This document shows positions 63,339-64,000 of a stretch of 64,000 nucleotides of DNA, piece by piece. The stretch's first letter is position 1; each line of letters opens with the position of its first letter. Below the pieces are notes generated by a model. That model was given only the letters and a program-made list of their open reading frames with translations, did no database searches and had not been told where the DNA came from. The position numbers were made by a program, and so were the translations under genes. Source of the DNA: Bdellovibrionales bacterium (lineage in GTDB: Bacteria > Bdellovibrionota > Bdellovibrionia > Bdellovibrionales > JAUICD01); NCBI GenBank assembly GCA_965262715.1, contig OZ253553.1, forward strand, positions 2,336,001 through 2,400,000, in the 5' to 3' direction.

Positions 63339-63947
63339 TTAAAATATGTCTTTTTTTAATAAAAGATCACATTGCATCTCCAACTCTCTTATCGCCCCAT
63401 TGTTCCAAATTACAAATGGAGTTAATTTCAATTTTTCCTCTTGAGGTATTTGTGAATTCATAATAAGGTCAATTTTCTCTTTTGTAAGAGATCTACTTTT
63501 TTTCAGTCTCTTATAAACAACATCCTTATCTGCTGCTACAAGTAGAACACAGTCAAATTTCGCCTGCATATTTTTTTCAAAAAGAAGTGCTACATCATAA
63601 ATTGCTAAACTGGTCTTTGATTTCTTTAATTGTTTTTTTCTTTCTTCCACCATAGCTTTTATAATAGGATGTAAAATATTTTCTAAAATAGCCTTTTTAT
63701 GTAAATCAGCAAAAACAATATCTCCTAATGCCTTTCTATCAATCATAACCTTTGATGTCTTTTCACTCTCAGAGCTTATTATATCCTTGCCAAAATGGGA
63801 AAGAAGCTCTTGAATAACACCTTTTTGCTTTAAGGCTTCATGCCCATAAGCATCTGCATTTAATACAGGAAATCCTTTTTGATGTAAAATTTTAGATACA
63901 GTAGACTTACCTGTACCAATTCCACCTGTAAGTCCAATCCATTTCAT
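63339..63947 (-). CDS. coaE: Dephospho-CoA kinase
   Basis: IGLTGGIGTGKST, DRKALGDIVF, LENILHP. Confidence 0.96.
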   Translation of the reverse strand: MKWIGLTGGIGTGKSTVSKILHQKGFPVLNADAYGHEALKQKGVIQELLSHFGKDIISSESEKTSKVMIDRKALGDIVFADLHKKAILENILHPIIKAMVEERKKQLKKSKTSLAIYDVALLFEKNMQAKFDCVLLVAADKDVVYKRLKKSRSLTKEKIDLIMNSQIPQEEKLKLTPFVIWNNGAIRELEMQCDLLLKKDIF

Positions 63948-64000
63948 ATATCTCCTTAATTCTATAAGTTTTGATGAATAAACAATTATATTTTTATTTT

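Overview
AT-rich bacterial chromosome segment, by gene content most consistent with a Bdellovibrionota/Oligoflexia-like, possibly host-associated organism (inference). Housekeeping genes (fliA, priA, galU, iscS-mnmA, mtaB, rnc, ruvA, atpE/atpB, cca, lolD/lolE, prfB, mfd, dut, ahcY, coaE) are interspersed with secreted ankyrin, TPR and RCC1-repeat proteins. The central feature is an apparently intact type II-B CRISPR-Cas locus. It comprises a 1644-aa Cas9, cas1, cas2, cas4, a Francisella-like tracrRNA, and 16 identical 37-bp repeats with 15 spacers. The repeats carry a TATAAT box, and two spacers hit the same site in variant targets. Also present are an AAA-ATPase/RloB defence pair, an orphan N4-cytosine-type methyltransferase, and IS3, IS30, IS256 and two IS5 (IS903-group) elements. 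The least explained signal is intergenic: at least three families of dispersed repeats. Two of them are long hairpins whose stems differ in sequence between copies but still pair, and one structured ~155-bp cassette sits inside two different kinds of transposon ends. All calls are by eye from motifs; no database searches were run.
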